Assembly: GCA_036630325.1 (NCBI GenBank)
Contig: CP142735.1
Location: 930,001-994,000 of the forward strand
DNA: 64,000 nt
From: Vairimorpha necatrix
Lineage: Eukaryota
Reading direction: 5' to 3'
The translations under genes and the position numbers were made by a program. The notes beneath the pieces were generated by a model. It ran no database searches and had not been told where the DNA came from. It saw only the letters and a list, made by a program, of their open reading frames with translations. The first letter of the stretch is position 1, and each line of letters begins with the position of its first letter. Positions 47,199 through 58,888 of the stretch are shown here, piece by piece.

Positions 47199-47389
47199 CT
47201 AGGGATTCAATATTCTATTTAATGTAGCTAAATAATATTTTTTAAGTTTTAAAACAGTTCTATGAGTTCAATAAGAAAATGTAGAGAAGTTGCAAAAAAT
47301 TATAAAACCGTTAATTTAGTATGTAAAATAAATTAAATGTGGCATACAACGAATTTGAAGTGTAGAAAAAATTACTGAAAAACCATTAT

Positions 47390-47920
47390 TTATTTTGAGC
47401 TAGAATTCCAATCCATTGGACAAATTTCTCCATGCTCAGCTGTAAAATTTATAGCATCAATTATCCTTAATATTTCATCAGTGCTTCTTCCTATCATGTC
47501 ATTATATATAGACGTATATTTAACTTCTCCTTTAGTATCAAATATTAAAGTAGCTCTTTTAGTTATGTCTTCATCTTGATCATAAAATCCAAAAAGACCG
47601 CTTAATTTTGCACCGCTGTCCGATAACATAGGCCATTGAATGCCTTCAACTCCCCCATCTTGTCTGGGCAATTTAGCCCAAGCTTTGTGAGAATAAACCG
47701 AATCATTAGATATCAAAAAAACAACAGTATTACGTCTCGCAAACTCTTCTTTCCTATCAGAAATGACATTCAATTCAGTAGGACATACAAAAGTGAAATC
47801 ATTAGGATAAAATAAAAGTACTACGTTTTTGCCTTTATAATCTTTCAAATTTATAGTAGTAATATGGTCGTCTTCAAAAGCTTTAAATTGCATATCAAGA
47901 TTTATTTCTGGGAAATACAT
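47390..47920 (-). CDS. 2-Cys peroxiredoxin (Tsa1/AhpC family)
   Basis: FYPNDFTFVCPTE, DSVYSHKAW, GRSTDEILR, GEICP. Confidence 0.96.
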   Translation of the reverse strand: MYFPEINLDMQFKAFEDDHITTINLKDYKGKNVVLLFYPNDFTFVCPTELNVISDRKEEFARRNTVVFLISNDSVYSHKAWAKLPRQDGGVEGIQWPMLSDSGAKLSGLFGFYDQDEDITKRATLIFDTKGEVKYTSIYNDMIGRSTDEILRIIDAINFTAEHGEICPMDWNSSSK

Positions 47921-48171
47921 TTTATGGGTTTAAATTTAATATTTTATATCCCAGAAAAAAAGTTAACATATTAAAAAAATAACGGTTTAGTATTAATTTT
48001 ATACTGGTATAAAAAAATATAACTTTTGTAAAACAAAACAGATTCCTTTTGTATTTTCTGATTGACATGCATCAAAAAATAATTTAAAACATCAATCATA
48101 AAAATACGAAATATTGTGGTTTTAAAAATGTTTCATGTTCGCTTTTTGTTTTTTTTTACACATAAAAAATT

Positions 48172-49611
48172 ATGATATTGTTGCTGTTTAAATTAATTTC
48201 AACTGCTTTAGTAGACAAAAATTTAGTAAACAATAACTTAATAATTGAAGTAACTACAACAACTACAGTTATAACAACTAAAATAGAAGAAGTATCTGAA
48301 CCAACATATTCTACTCATATTGAAGAGAGCATTTCGGACTATAACATAAAAAATTTTGTTGATTCTGACACATTAAAAGATAAACAACCTTGTGAAAAAT
48401 GTTATATTATAAAATTCAACTCAGATAAACAAGATGCCCTTGATTTATTAGATGAAATTGGAATTCAACCAAAACAAAAATATGATAAAAATTTTTCTGG
48501 TGTCTCATTCTGCACTAGAGACATTGATATTGTTGAAAAATTGAGAAAATTAAATATACAAATAGAAGAAGACTATAAATTTAAAATAGCATCTACACAG
48601 CCTTATATTTCTAAACATCTTTTTCTAATGCAAAATTACACAAATTATATTTTTAACAGTTATTTCTATAACAATATAATTTTTCGAGTTTTGCAAATAG
48701 ATAGAATATTTAAATACTTATTAGGAAGTTATAAATACTATTATACAGGAAGAAATACAAAAATCTATCTTTTAGATACATCAGTAAATGTTCTTGCTCC
48801 AAATATAACTAATATAACTGGTAAAAAAAGATCCTGCAATTCACATGGGGATATAAACATAGACTTGTTAATCAATAAAACTCGAGGTTTTGCGAGAGAT
48901 GCAAATATAGATGTTTTAGACGGTGTAGCTTGTGATGGCAATATTAAATTATCTAAAATTTTGACACTTTTAGAAAAGGTTAAGAAAGAAAATATTCCGA
49001 CACTATTACTTTTTGGTGTAACAGGACCTTATTCAAATATTTTGAATGATGTAGTTGACTATCTTTCTACTAAAGGTATAATTATTATTACACCATCTGG
49101 TAATAATCACGACAATGCTTGTTATTATTCTCCAAGTTCTGCAAAACATGTGATATCTATAGGATCAGTGGACCAACACACCAAAATATCAAAATTTTCA
49201 AATTATGGATCATGTGTCCGGCTTTATTCTCTTGGTGAAAATATTTATGAATCAAATTTTACAAGAGGTACTAGTCATTCAGCAGCTCTTATCACAGGAG
49301 CCATAGCAATGTATTTAGAAAAATATACGAATGCGACGAATTCTGATGTTTGGAATTTTCTAGAACGTAATTCTTATTGGAATGATCGTTATATGGTTTT
49401 TAAATTTCCTTATCTATCTTTAGAATATACGAATCAAGATATAGCTTACAATATTATTATCATGGAAGTATTTTTTATGTTTCTTTTTATTTTTATAATA
49501 ATTTTATTGATAACTTTTTTAATATTTTATATAATAAATAAGAGAAGACAAAGGCGAAAAAGAAAAGAAAATTTAATAGACACAAACTTAAGAATGCATC
49601 GCCCAACTTAG
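48172..49611 (+). CDS. Subtilisin-like serine protease with signal peptide, prodomain and C-terminal TM anchor
   Basis: Catalytic triad motifs LLDTS, NSHGD, RGTSHSAA; PSGNNHDNACYYSPSS; FSNYGSCV; hydrophobic C-terminal helix followed by a basic cluster. Confidence 0.9.
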   Translation: MILLLFKLISTALVDKNLVNNNLIIEVTTTTTVITTKIEEVSEPTYSTHIEESISDYNIKNFVDSDTLKDKQPCEKCYIIKFNSDKQDALDLLDEIGIQPKQKYDKNFSGVSFCTRDIDIVEKLRKLNIQIEEDYKFKIASTQPYISKHLFLMQNYTNYIFNSYFYNNIIFRVLQIDRIFKYLLGSYKYYYTGRNTKIYLLDTSVNVLAPNITNITGKKRSCNSHGDINIDLLINKTRGFARDANIDVLDGVACDGNIKLSKILTLLEKVKKENIPTLLLFGVTGPYSNILNDVVDYLSTKGIIIITPSGNNHDNACYYSPSSAKHVISIGSVDQHTKISKFSNYGSCVRLYSLGENIYESNFTRGTSHSAALITGAIAMYLEKYTNATNSDVWNFLERNSYWNDRYMVFKFPYLSLEYTNQDIAYNIIIMEVFFMFLFIFIIILLITFLIFYIINKRRQRRKRKENLIDTNLRMHRPT

Positions 49612-49898
49612 TACGTTTTTCTAATGTTGTAATAATTTATAAATAAAAAAATATTAATAAATAAATTAGTTGCTAAAAGTTCACAATACTAAAAAAATTT
49701 AAGTAAATTGCATTTTACATTTGAATTTTCTAATCGTCTTCAAAAACCTATAAATTATGAATATTAAAAAAAAAACATTATTTTTTTATGTATTGAACAT
49801 AAGTCTTTAATATATTGGACATTGCAGCAAAACAACCCCCAAAAAAATTTGGATTGTTAGGTTATATTTTATTCAAAGTGCTATTTTGTCTTTTGATA

Positions 49899-50714
49899 TT
49901 AATATTGTTGCCGACAAATTGTTTTAAAGTTTAGTATCAATTCTTTAGTAAATTTAACAAGTTTATATATTTCATCTAATGTTAAATGTTCATTCTTTTT
50001 TAATAATAAATGAGGCATCATAAGTGTAGCAATTCCTTCCATATTAATTTGATACATTTTGTTTATCTTATGATCATGTAAACGATATATAAAATAAATC
50101 GCAGACTCTAAAAGATACCTATTAAATTTAGGTAACGATATATACAAATAATGATAAAGAATCAATCTATTTTCTATTTCTGGTATTTCAGATATTTTCA
50201 TTATTATTGGTAAAGTGTTTTTTGGAATTATAGTGTTTTCATAATTCCCCAATATCTCTTTGAATGCCATAGTCATATCGTAAATATTGAAATTCTCGGT
50301 AATTTTATCTCTTACATTTATTAGAGGTGTTCTTTCTGAAATTTCATATTCTAACATATTTATACAACTCTGAACACGTCCTGCTAAGTTTTTACCGTGA
50401 AATAACCCATCCACGTCTACATCAAATGTATCAATGATGTCAGTTATAACATAATAATTTACGGGTACATACAATATACTTTTTCCAAAATGAAATTCTG
50501 TCGGCCTCCAAAATTTTAATCTAGATTTTCTTTCCACTGTGTGTAAAGGAGCAAAAATACTTGCTAAAATTGTTTGATTTAAAATTGATATTTCCCAGCT
50601 AGTCAAATGTTTATTTATAAGGTCCTGGTTTTCTCTAATGTAACTTGTTTTATATATAGAAATATCATCCTCCTCTAAATCGTTAATAGTGTTTATATAA
50701 TACTTTTTCTTCAT
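49899..50714 (-). CDS. RhoGAP-like domain protein
   Basis: FGKSI, DGLF, YDMTMAFKEIL, LPKFNRYLL, KINKM, ATLMMPHLL; first ATG at 50714. Confidence 0.75.
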   Translation of the reverse strand: MKKKYYINTINDLEEDDISIYKTSYIRENQDLINKHLTSWEISILNQTILASIFAPLHTVERKSRLKFWRPTEFHFGKSILYVPVNYYVITDIIDTFDVDVDGLFHGKNLAGRVQSCINMLEYEISERTPLINVRDKITENFNIYDMTMAFKEILGNYENTIIPKNTLPIIMKISEIPEIENRLILYHYLYISLPKFNRYLLESAIYFIYRLHDHKINKMYQINMEGIATLMMPHLLLKKNEHLTLDEIYKLVKFTKELILNFKTICRQQY

Positions 50715-52896
50715 TCTGGTCAAATTTTTTTGTGGTTTTAATATAGAAATGTACCAATAAATTAAAAATATATAGAATTTAATAAATAAAAATTATTATA
50801 TTTAAACTAATGGTTTAAGATTTATTTGACTGAGCAGAATAAAAAAAAAGACTCATAAATTTTTCTATTTAAATGGTTCATAGAAATGACGAATCAATAT
50901 ATTGTACAACATTGGACAAAATAACCAATAAGAAGAAAATACCCAAATCCCATAAATAAATGAGAACAACACAAAACTCAAATGCAAAAACAATATTACT
51001 AATTACAAACATACATTCAGCAGATAAAAAAGGACGAGTCACAGATTAAACAAATACGTAATATTAAAATCAAAAAAAAACGATTTGATAATTAAAAAAA
51101 AAACCTAAAATCTTCAAAAAAAAAATCCGTTATCTAAATCAATATATTCAACGTTTAATATTACTGCTGTTCCAAGTTTTTTATATTTTCCAATGTACAA
51201 TATTATTTCTAAAAAATTTTATTTGAATTAGAATAACTTATAAAGAAAAAAAAAATTAGTCAAAACAAAAAAGAACTCTCTTTGGAACTTCAAACTCAAA
51301 TAACGTAGTAAATAACATTATATCTGTTTTTTATGATGCCCAATTGCAGTTTCATTTTATCCAAATTAATTTACAAGAAAGTATTCGTATGACAATAGTT
51401 TGCATTATTATAAAATTCATGAATTGTTATACTGCTATTTGAAATAGACAAAATTCTTTAATTATGTTTAAGTCTTTAAAAAAAACATACAAATTTTTAG
51501 TTTTTAATTGAAATTAAATGATCTCTTTAACTATTATATACACATTTTACGGAGAATTGTTAATATTTTTTTACAAAAACTGAGTATAATTCTTTGACTT
51601 CTACTTTTCATTATTAGAATAGCGAAATATTTGTAGCATAACATAAGTTACAAAGGTATATAATTTTAATTTTTTGTAGATAATCTGTAATATATTTTGT
51701 AAGTATCTATAGTGTAATCTAAAGTATTTAATTCACGTTTGTTTAAAATTATAAAAATAATTTTACTAATGATATATAAAAGAAAAACTAATTTACACAT
51801 CAAAAATTTAGGATATTTTCGACAAAATACCTAAAACGTACAAATAAAGCATAATCTTTAGTTATATTGGGCATGGAATCCTAAAAATGTTTCAAACGAA
51901 TGAAAGATAGTTACAACATAACCTTATAGGTTGTTATTTTTTTTATCCTTATATAACGAGTTTTAAAAAAAAGAACCAAGAACAGCAACAAATACTATAT
52001 ACATGTTTATTGGAAATAGGAAATAAATATATATCAAAAAATCTAATCTCTAGACAATGTTATCTATTTTTTAAGATAAAAAATAATAAAAAAAGGATCA
52101 TAGATCAGTTTTGAAAAAATCAAACGCTTGTTCAAAATTTAAGATTGTTTTTATAATGCTAAGAGAATTTTATTAATATGGCGGCGATTAGCTGCCTAAA
52201 CCATGTGTTTTTATTTATATCTTACTGAAGAATCAAATTTTGCGTACAAATATATGTTATATTTAATATCCTTAACGCGAAAGCAGTCAATAACCCATGC
52301 CTTTTCTTGGTCCTCGTTTTTATATATCATTTTTTATGGCATAAAAAATATAAACGAAAGGCATAAATGCGTAGTTGTAGGTATCTATGCTTTAGTAAAC
52401 TTTTATATTTATTAATGAGATTAAGTACAACTAAGGAAAAAATGTCTACATAAAATCTTATTACACAATATTTTTGAAAAGACAAATATGTGTTAAGTGA
52501 CTATAATATATAAGGTATTCCCATAACATATAATTTACAGGCAAAATAGATGTGTTTAATATACACTTAAATCATATTTATCGTATGATCGACCAACCTA
52601 TTAATTAAATTTTTGATAAATTAAAACAGATAAATTTTATCAAGTTTTTTTATAAATATCTTTATGTGTTTTTTATTCAGAAAAATTATGGCTAATCGTT
52701 TTTACTTCTCAATAAATGTTATTAAATAGCAATTCAATTTGTTTATTTTTGATAAAAATTTTACAATTACTTTTTTTAGTTGAATTGCTTATAAATACTT
52801 GTTAGAAAAACTATTTTATACTATACAAGCATTTAATTAATCCTAATTAAAAAAAATCACAGGTTTTTATGAATGAATTTTTTGACAACCCTAAAA

Positions 52897-53883
52897 ATGC
52901 TGATATTTGCATCTATTTTATCAATTGAATCTTCATTAAACAACTCTAATCATGTACTTAAAAGGGTTTTAGATCCTGGAAATATACATTCTTACATAAA
53001 TGAAATGAATGTGTATGATGATTATGATGATATATTGAGACTTCCCGATTATCACAATGATACGAAACGTGTCGAACATAATATAGTTTCATTAAATAAT
53101 ACCTATAACAATTTCGTTAGTTGTCCAAAAAGCTATCCGTTTATTCAGAAGAAACTTCATTATTCACAGATTAATTGGCAAGCCATCCACGAGGCAACTG
53201 ATGTTGTATTCTCTGGGTTAGTAAGTAATTTTAGTGTAAGAACATTAATCCGTATGGTAGCTTATATGTCGAATGTAAATCCTTTTATTGATCTAAGATC
53301 CTTTTTTGAAAAATTTATAACAAAATTTTTAATGAAAAAAAGAACATCACGAAAATTGAGACCAATAGGCCATCTTTGTGAGTATCTAGCTTATCATAGC
53401 TATGATCTAGTTTTCGATTTAAGTTTTTATTCGTCTTTTAAAGATAAAAAGGAAATAGAAGGCCTTGAACTTGTAGTTTCAAAATTTGTTGATCTTGAAA
53501 TGGATTTTAATTGTCCTTGGCATATAATACAACTATACAATGAAAGTATGTATGCAAATCCTCATATTAATTCAACCGAAAATAATACTGCAAAATTATC
53601 TGTATCAATACAGGATAACGTCAATAATTCAAAAAATGATGCGCCAATTTATATCGAAACCGAAGAAACCCAAGATTTATTTCGCGCTCTTATACCTCCG
53701 ACAAAAGATTATTTAACAGATGAGTCTCGGAGCAAGATTAAAAGAAATGTTGATTCTCTAGATAATGTTAAATCGGAAACAACCAAAAATAAAGATGTGA
53801 TACACAATGATTCGGCTGAGTCAAACCATAATGGAAATAATGAGCATTATCTTAAAGAGATTTTTGGGAATAATATTTTTTGA
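52897..53883 (+). CDS. Lineage-specific putative secreted protein, paralog A
   Basis: Short hydrophobic N-terminus MLIFASILSI after ACCCTAAAA; clear similarity to 57908-58888. Confidence 0.8.
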   Translation: MLIFASILSIESSLNNSNHVLKRVLDPGNIHSYINEMNVYDDYDDILRLPDYHNDTKRVEHNIVSLNNTYNNFVSCPKSYPFIQKKLHYSQINWQAIHEATDVVFSGLVSNFSVRTLIRMVAYMSNVNPFIDLRSFFEKFITKFLMKKRTSRKLRPIGHLCEYLAYHSYDLVFDLSFYSSFKDKKEIEGLELVVSKFVDLEMDFNCPWHIIQLYNESMYANPHINSTENNTAKLSVSIQDNVNNSKNDAPIYIETEETQDLFRALIPPTKDYLTDESRSKIKRNVDSLDNVKSETTKNKDVIHNDSAESNHNGNNEHYLKEIFGNNIF

Positions 53884-54482
53884 TGGATTAAAGTTTATTT
53901 TAGTTAACACATATAATGTTATTTTATGTCATTGAAATTTAGAAAGACAGTATAGTCTTTGTATATTGTAAGTCTATAACTGTTAACTAACTAGGTTGAT
54001 AAGTTGTATTATTGGCTATTTTAAAACCTGTAATCTTTTCTCTTCTGTAAATTTTGGGACAAAAACAAAAAATAAAGCAATCGTGTTCGATTTTTATTTC
54101 GATCTTCAAAAACAGTTTAAATTCGATGAATATCAAGATTTAACGAGTTTTAAAGCTTATAAAAATATTTTTAATAGACGAAAATGCCCTTTCTATTATT
54201 TTCATAATATAAATTCACATTAATTTTGTAACCAATCACATTTTTTAAATTATGTCTCGCCTGTCATCGTTATTGAAATCTTTGTCATAAATAATAACGC
54301 GTTGTTGCTATTAATAGACTCGACTTTTGTTACTCATAATCTATGATCAACTACAATGAAAGTTGTAAGGCGTATATTTATGTCAAATTGCCCATTTGAA
54401 ATAATTTAATACATCATTTTTCAATAAATAAACATATGTTTTCATTCCAAAACAAATAATTTCATTTTAATTATATTTTTTA

Positions 54483-55580
54483 CGGGGGTTTGCATTTCCA
54501 TATTCCCATAAAAATAAGAAATTTCAAAATAATAAAAAATGTTTATTAAATAAAATCTTCTCTTGTTCTTGCCTTTTCTAGCCAACCAATCATATTTCTG
54601 TAAAACGCAGGACATTTACGGCTATAATTCAAACTCAAAACATTCTCAATAATTGTTTCAATTAGACTTTCTGATGATTGAAAAGATGAAATCTTGCCTT
54701 GAGCATCGAAAAAAACTCTATAATGGGATTTAAATGTGGCGAATAAGGAGGCAGAAATTTATGATTAATGCCTAGATTATTTAATTTTTGTAAAACTTCC
54801 CTCGAATGCTGAAAACTGGCATTATCTATTATAAGAACTTTACCGGGATTATTTCAAAAGAACCTAGATAATTTATTTTCAACATAGTTCAAAAAACTCT
54901 CGGAATTATATGCTCCGCGTTTATACTCTAATGCCAATAATCCATTTATAGTAATTACATACATACAGATTATATTTAGGCCACGATTTGCCGGCACATT
55001 CTTATAGGCTTTAATATTATTTTCTGAATATCCGTAACTTCGCGTAGTATGAGCGTTGAACCCAGTTTAATCAAGAAAAACTAGGTTTCGGCCGAGTACC
55101 TACTAATTTCGGAGGCATAGATACTCTTTTGATTTATTTTGTCCAATGAGTTACGTTTAACAGGAATCAAACTGAGCCTTTTTTTTGTTTACCGAGTTTT
55201 TTGAGTTTTCTCGATATTGAAGATTTTGACAAATTTACATTTGTTCGTAAATTGAACTCATCAGAAATTTCTTGTAAAGTCATATCGTTTGCACAATCAA
55301 CTATGTTTTAACAACCCGGTCTGTATTTGAAAGCATTTCGCTTTGATTCAACCGCCGAATAGACCTTGTAGGTTGATTGTGCTGGTTTCGAATAATAGAT
55401 GCAATGGTTTTACGATGTAAATCATCCATACTCGATATTTCAGCTATGGATCGTTCTTCATCTTCTGCCAATTCGAAAATGATATTATTTAATTCGCTGG
55501 TTATTGTTTTCTTTATTTTTCTTACAATTAAGGGATAAAAAATTCAAATTTTTATGTGAATATAGAAATGCAAACATGGG
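54483..55580 (-). mobile_element. Decayed Tc1/mariner-IS630 superfamily DNA transposon with transposase pseudogene
   Basis: Minus strand VFLD*TGF...GYS...VPANRGLNI...LIIDNASFQH...FLPPYSPHLNPIIEFFSMLK with stops and frameshifts; TIRs gtttgcatttc(c/t)atattc(c/a)cataaaaat at both ends; TA on the left flank. Confidence 0.9.
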
Positions 55581-57907
55581 AATATAAGTCTTGCTTTGAT
55601 TCATTTTAATGTATATTGTGATGCTAATTCCGGTCGCCGACGTAATATTATTTTAGCATTAAATTGAGATTGTTTTTTGCTTTTTTAGCCTCCATGTTCT
55701 ACCTCCCTTCCTCAGTTTCATGCCTACGGAGGGATGGTATTTATATGTATAATTGCTGATGACACATTAGAAGATTTTTGAAAAACGAAAAATAGTGTTA
55801 AGTGAGCATCTTTTAAGCGCTTTATTCCATATTTAGGCCTGCGTAATTTGTAAGTCATCGGCCAATTGCTTCCTCGGTCTTTGAGAACCAATAAATAAAA
55901 CTTATTTTTATAAAAATACATCTTTCAGTATGCAGTTGGATTTAACCCCTGACGTAATACATTTTGATTTCTTTCCATATCTTTACGTCAAACTTGTATG
56001 GGTTAAAATTTCTTCAATTAATTAAGTAAACTATGAAATAAAATTGCTCCATAAAAACAGAAACTGAAATAAATAAGTTTTTAATAAAATTTCATCTCTA
56101 GCGGCCCAAGAGTTCTGATCTTAAAAATAAATTATAAACTACATACTATAAATTTAATTATTCTATTTTTTTACGGTATTGGCCTATAGTCTTTATTTGT
56201 AGTTTGTTTATTTTTCTTTTGCAATTATGAATACTTACTGAAATTACAAACAAAATTAAAAATTTAGTTTGTATGAACGTAGGGATTTTAAAACTTTTTT
56301 AAAAAAAATTAAGACTTGCCACTTCATAATTATTAAATGATACATCAAATTCTTCTTTTACCTCACTTAATAAAATAGGATAAATTCTTAATTACATTAT
56401 TCGTTTTATATATTGTTAACATTAATAAGTAATTTAGTACGTTGAATGTATGATCATCCATAACGGTGACGCAAATTTACCTGTCCATGCGTGAGTCCCC
56501 ACTTTGCATAAATATTTTTTTTGTTATCTAGGTCATATATTTTCGTAATTAATCGGCAATCAAGCTGTAGTTTTATAACTTAAGTACAGCAATTTTTCTG
56601 TTTAAATATTTTGTTCGCAAAAAAAAAATACAAAGGTATAAAATTAAAAGATTTAATTTAGTTTGTTGTGAGCATTATGCATTTTAGTCTAAAAAAATTT
56701 TGCGGCAATAAAATTTTTGACATCTTTAAATAGTAAAAACGTTCGCCTTTTTGGTAAATTTTTAATATGTCCCGGCAGTCACTGTTTAAAGCAAATTTAT
56801 ACATTAAACTTTGAGTTATAAAAATCTTATTATATGTTAAACCTTACATTATAGTGGACAACTAATTTTTTCTGTAAGTCTAAAAAAGGATCAAATTCCT
56901 AAACTTAAATTTTCGTAACTTTTCTATTTTAAATCACAATCAAACATTTTTAATCAATGATGATTTTTTTAAAATTATATAGAATTTCTTACTCTATACT
57001 TCCTAATAACGGTAAAAAAAAACTTGTTGAAATAACATTTAATTATTTTGGTCAATGTTCTCTTTGTTTGTGTGTAATCTAAATTTTATTTTATAAATCT
57101 AAATAATTAAATCTAACTAATTAAATCTATAGTTATTTCAAATATTAATAACAATTTTATTCTTACTAGTTGCAAAAACTGAATCTTAAAATACAATAAT
57201 ACCGCAATAACAGAAATATATTAAGATCTAAGATGGCAATGTTAAAGTTTAATTAAATAATCTAAAAATACTGAAACTCTCAGCTAGTAAGTTCCCAGTA
57301 TAAAAAAATTCAAACAACCAAATGATTAAAGTTACAACATAAAAGTTATCACAATAATTTGTAGAAAACCCACAGTGTTCTAGTGCACTATAAATATTTA
57401 CTATTTTAACAAATATCATTCATGTCGCATTAAATAATAATAATAATATGATATTTGTCGTAGCCGATCAAATACTGACTAATCATCTTCTTACAAATGG
57501 ACAGATTTGATTGGCTACAAAAAGTAATTATAAGCAATTTCAAAAGAGGGACTAGAAGATAAGAATAAAGTTATTGACAATATTAATAAAATTGTAAACC
57601 AGAGCTTTAATTAAATTTTTAAAAAATTGTAGCACAAACATTCTAAAATTTTAAAATTAATTTTCTCATTTTATCTTTGTCGAGTTTTATTTGATCTTAA
57701 GTGCCTATTTTTTTACAGCCCATTCTGTGTCATTGTATCGTAATTTTATTTAATCATTTTTATAAAAATTTAACATACACATATTTTATATAATTAAAAA
57801 ATTCCTTTTCTTTTTGAAAATTATTTCATCTTTAAAATATTTTTAAAAAAAATCTATCGTTATAAATTATATCAAAAGATTTTATAAACTATTTATTAAC
57901 ACCCAAA

Positions 57908-58888
57908 ATGTTAATTTGTATCTCTATTTTATCAATTGCAGCTTCAAAAAACAACTCTAATTTTGTAATACAAAAAATTTTAGATCCCGAGAATATACCT
58001 TCTTACAGAAATAAAATAAATGTGTACGATGATGATTTTATAGTTAGAATACTAAATAATCCTAATATTACAAAATTTGATGCTCATAATTTAGTTTTAT
58101 TAAATAAAATCGATACCAGCAAATTTAATTGTTCGGATAGCTATCAATTTAAACAGAAAAAACTTCATTATTCCGAAGTTAATTGGCAAGCCATTTTTAA
58201 TGCATCTGATGTTGTATTCTATGCTCTTATAATGCATAAAGATGTAAGTAAATTAATACGTATAGGATTATATATGTCGAGTGCAAATCCCTTGTATGAT
58301 TTAAGATTTCTCTTTAAAAAATTAATAACAAAATTCTTATCGAAAAAAAATATATCACGAAAGCTGAAACCAATTGGTCATCTTTTTGCATATTTAGCTT
58401 ATCATAGCTATGATTTAGTTTTCGATTTGAGTTTTTACTCTTCTTTTAAAGATTTAAATGAAATAGAAGATCTTAAACTTGTAGTTTCGAAATTCGTTGA
58501 TCTTAAAATAGATTATGATTGTCCGTGGCGAATTATACAATTATATAATGAAAATATGTTTGCAAATTCTCATATTAATTCAACAGAATATACTACTGCA
58601 GAATCACACGTACTAATACAAGAAAAGGCAATAACTGTGAACAAGTATACTCCAATTAACACGAAAACTGTTGAAACACAAGATTTGATTCAAGATGTGG
58701 ATCTTCCGGCGTTAGATTATTCAACAGAAGAGTCAGAAGGTGATATTAAAAAAGATAAAGCTACAGAGAGTACTAAATTGGAAACAAAAAAAATCAAAGT
58801 TGTATTACATTCTAAATCGACTGTGCCAAAGAATAATGAAAAGAATGAATATTATCTTAAAAAGTTCTTTGAAAATAATACACTATGA
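57908..58888 (+). CDS. Lineage-specific putative secreted protein, paralog B
   Basis: MLICISILSIAAS after ACACCCAAA; shares KKLHYS.NWQAI, YLAYHSYDLVFDLSFYSSFKD and CPW.IIQLYNE with paralog A. Confidence 0.8.
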   Translation: MLICISILSIAASKNNSNFVIQKILDPENIPSYRNKINVYDDDFIVRILNNPNITKFDAHNLVLLNKIDTSKFNCSDSYQFKQKKLHYSEVNWQAIFNASDVVFYALIMHKDVSKLIRIGLYMSSANPLYDLRFLFKKLITKFLSKKNISRKLKPIGHLFAYLAYHSYDLVFDLSFYSSFKDLNEIEDLKLVVSKFVDLKIDYDCPWRIIQLYNENMFANSHINSTEYTTAESHVLIQEKAITVNKYTPINTKTVETQDLIQDVDLPALDYSTEESEGDIKKDKATESTKLETKKIKVVLHSKSTVPKNNEKNEYYLKKFFENNTL

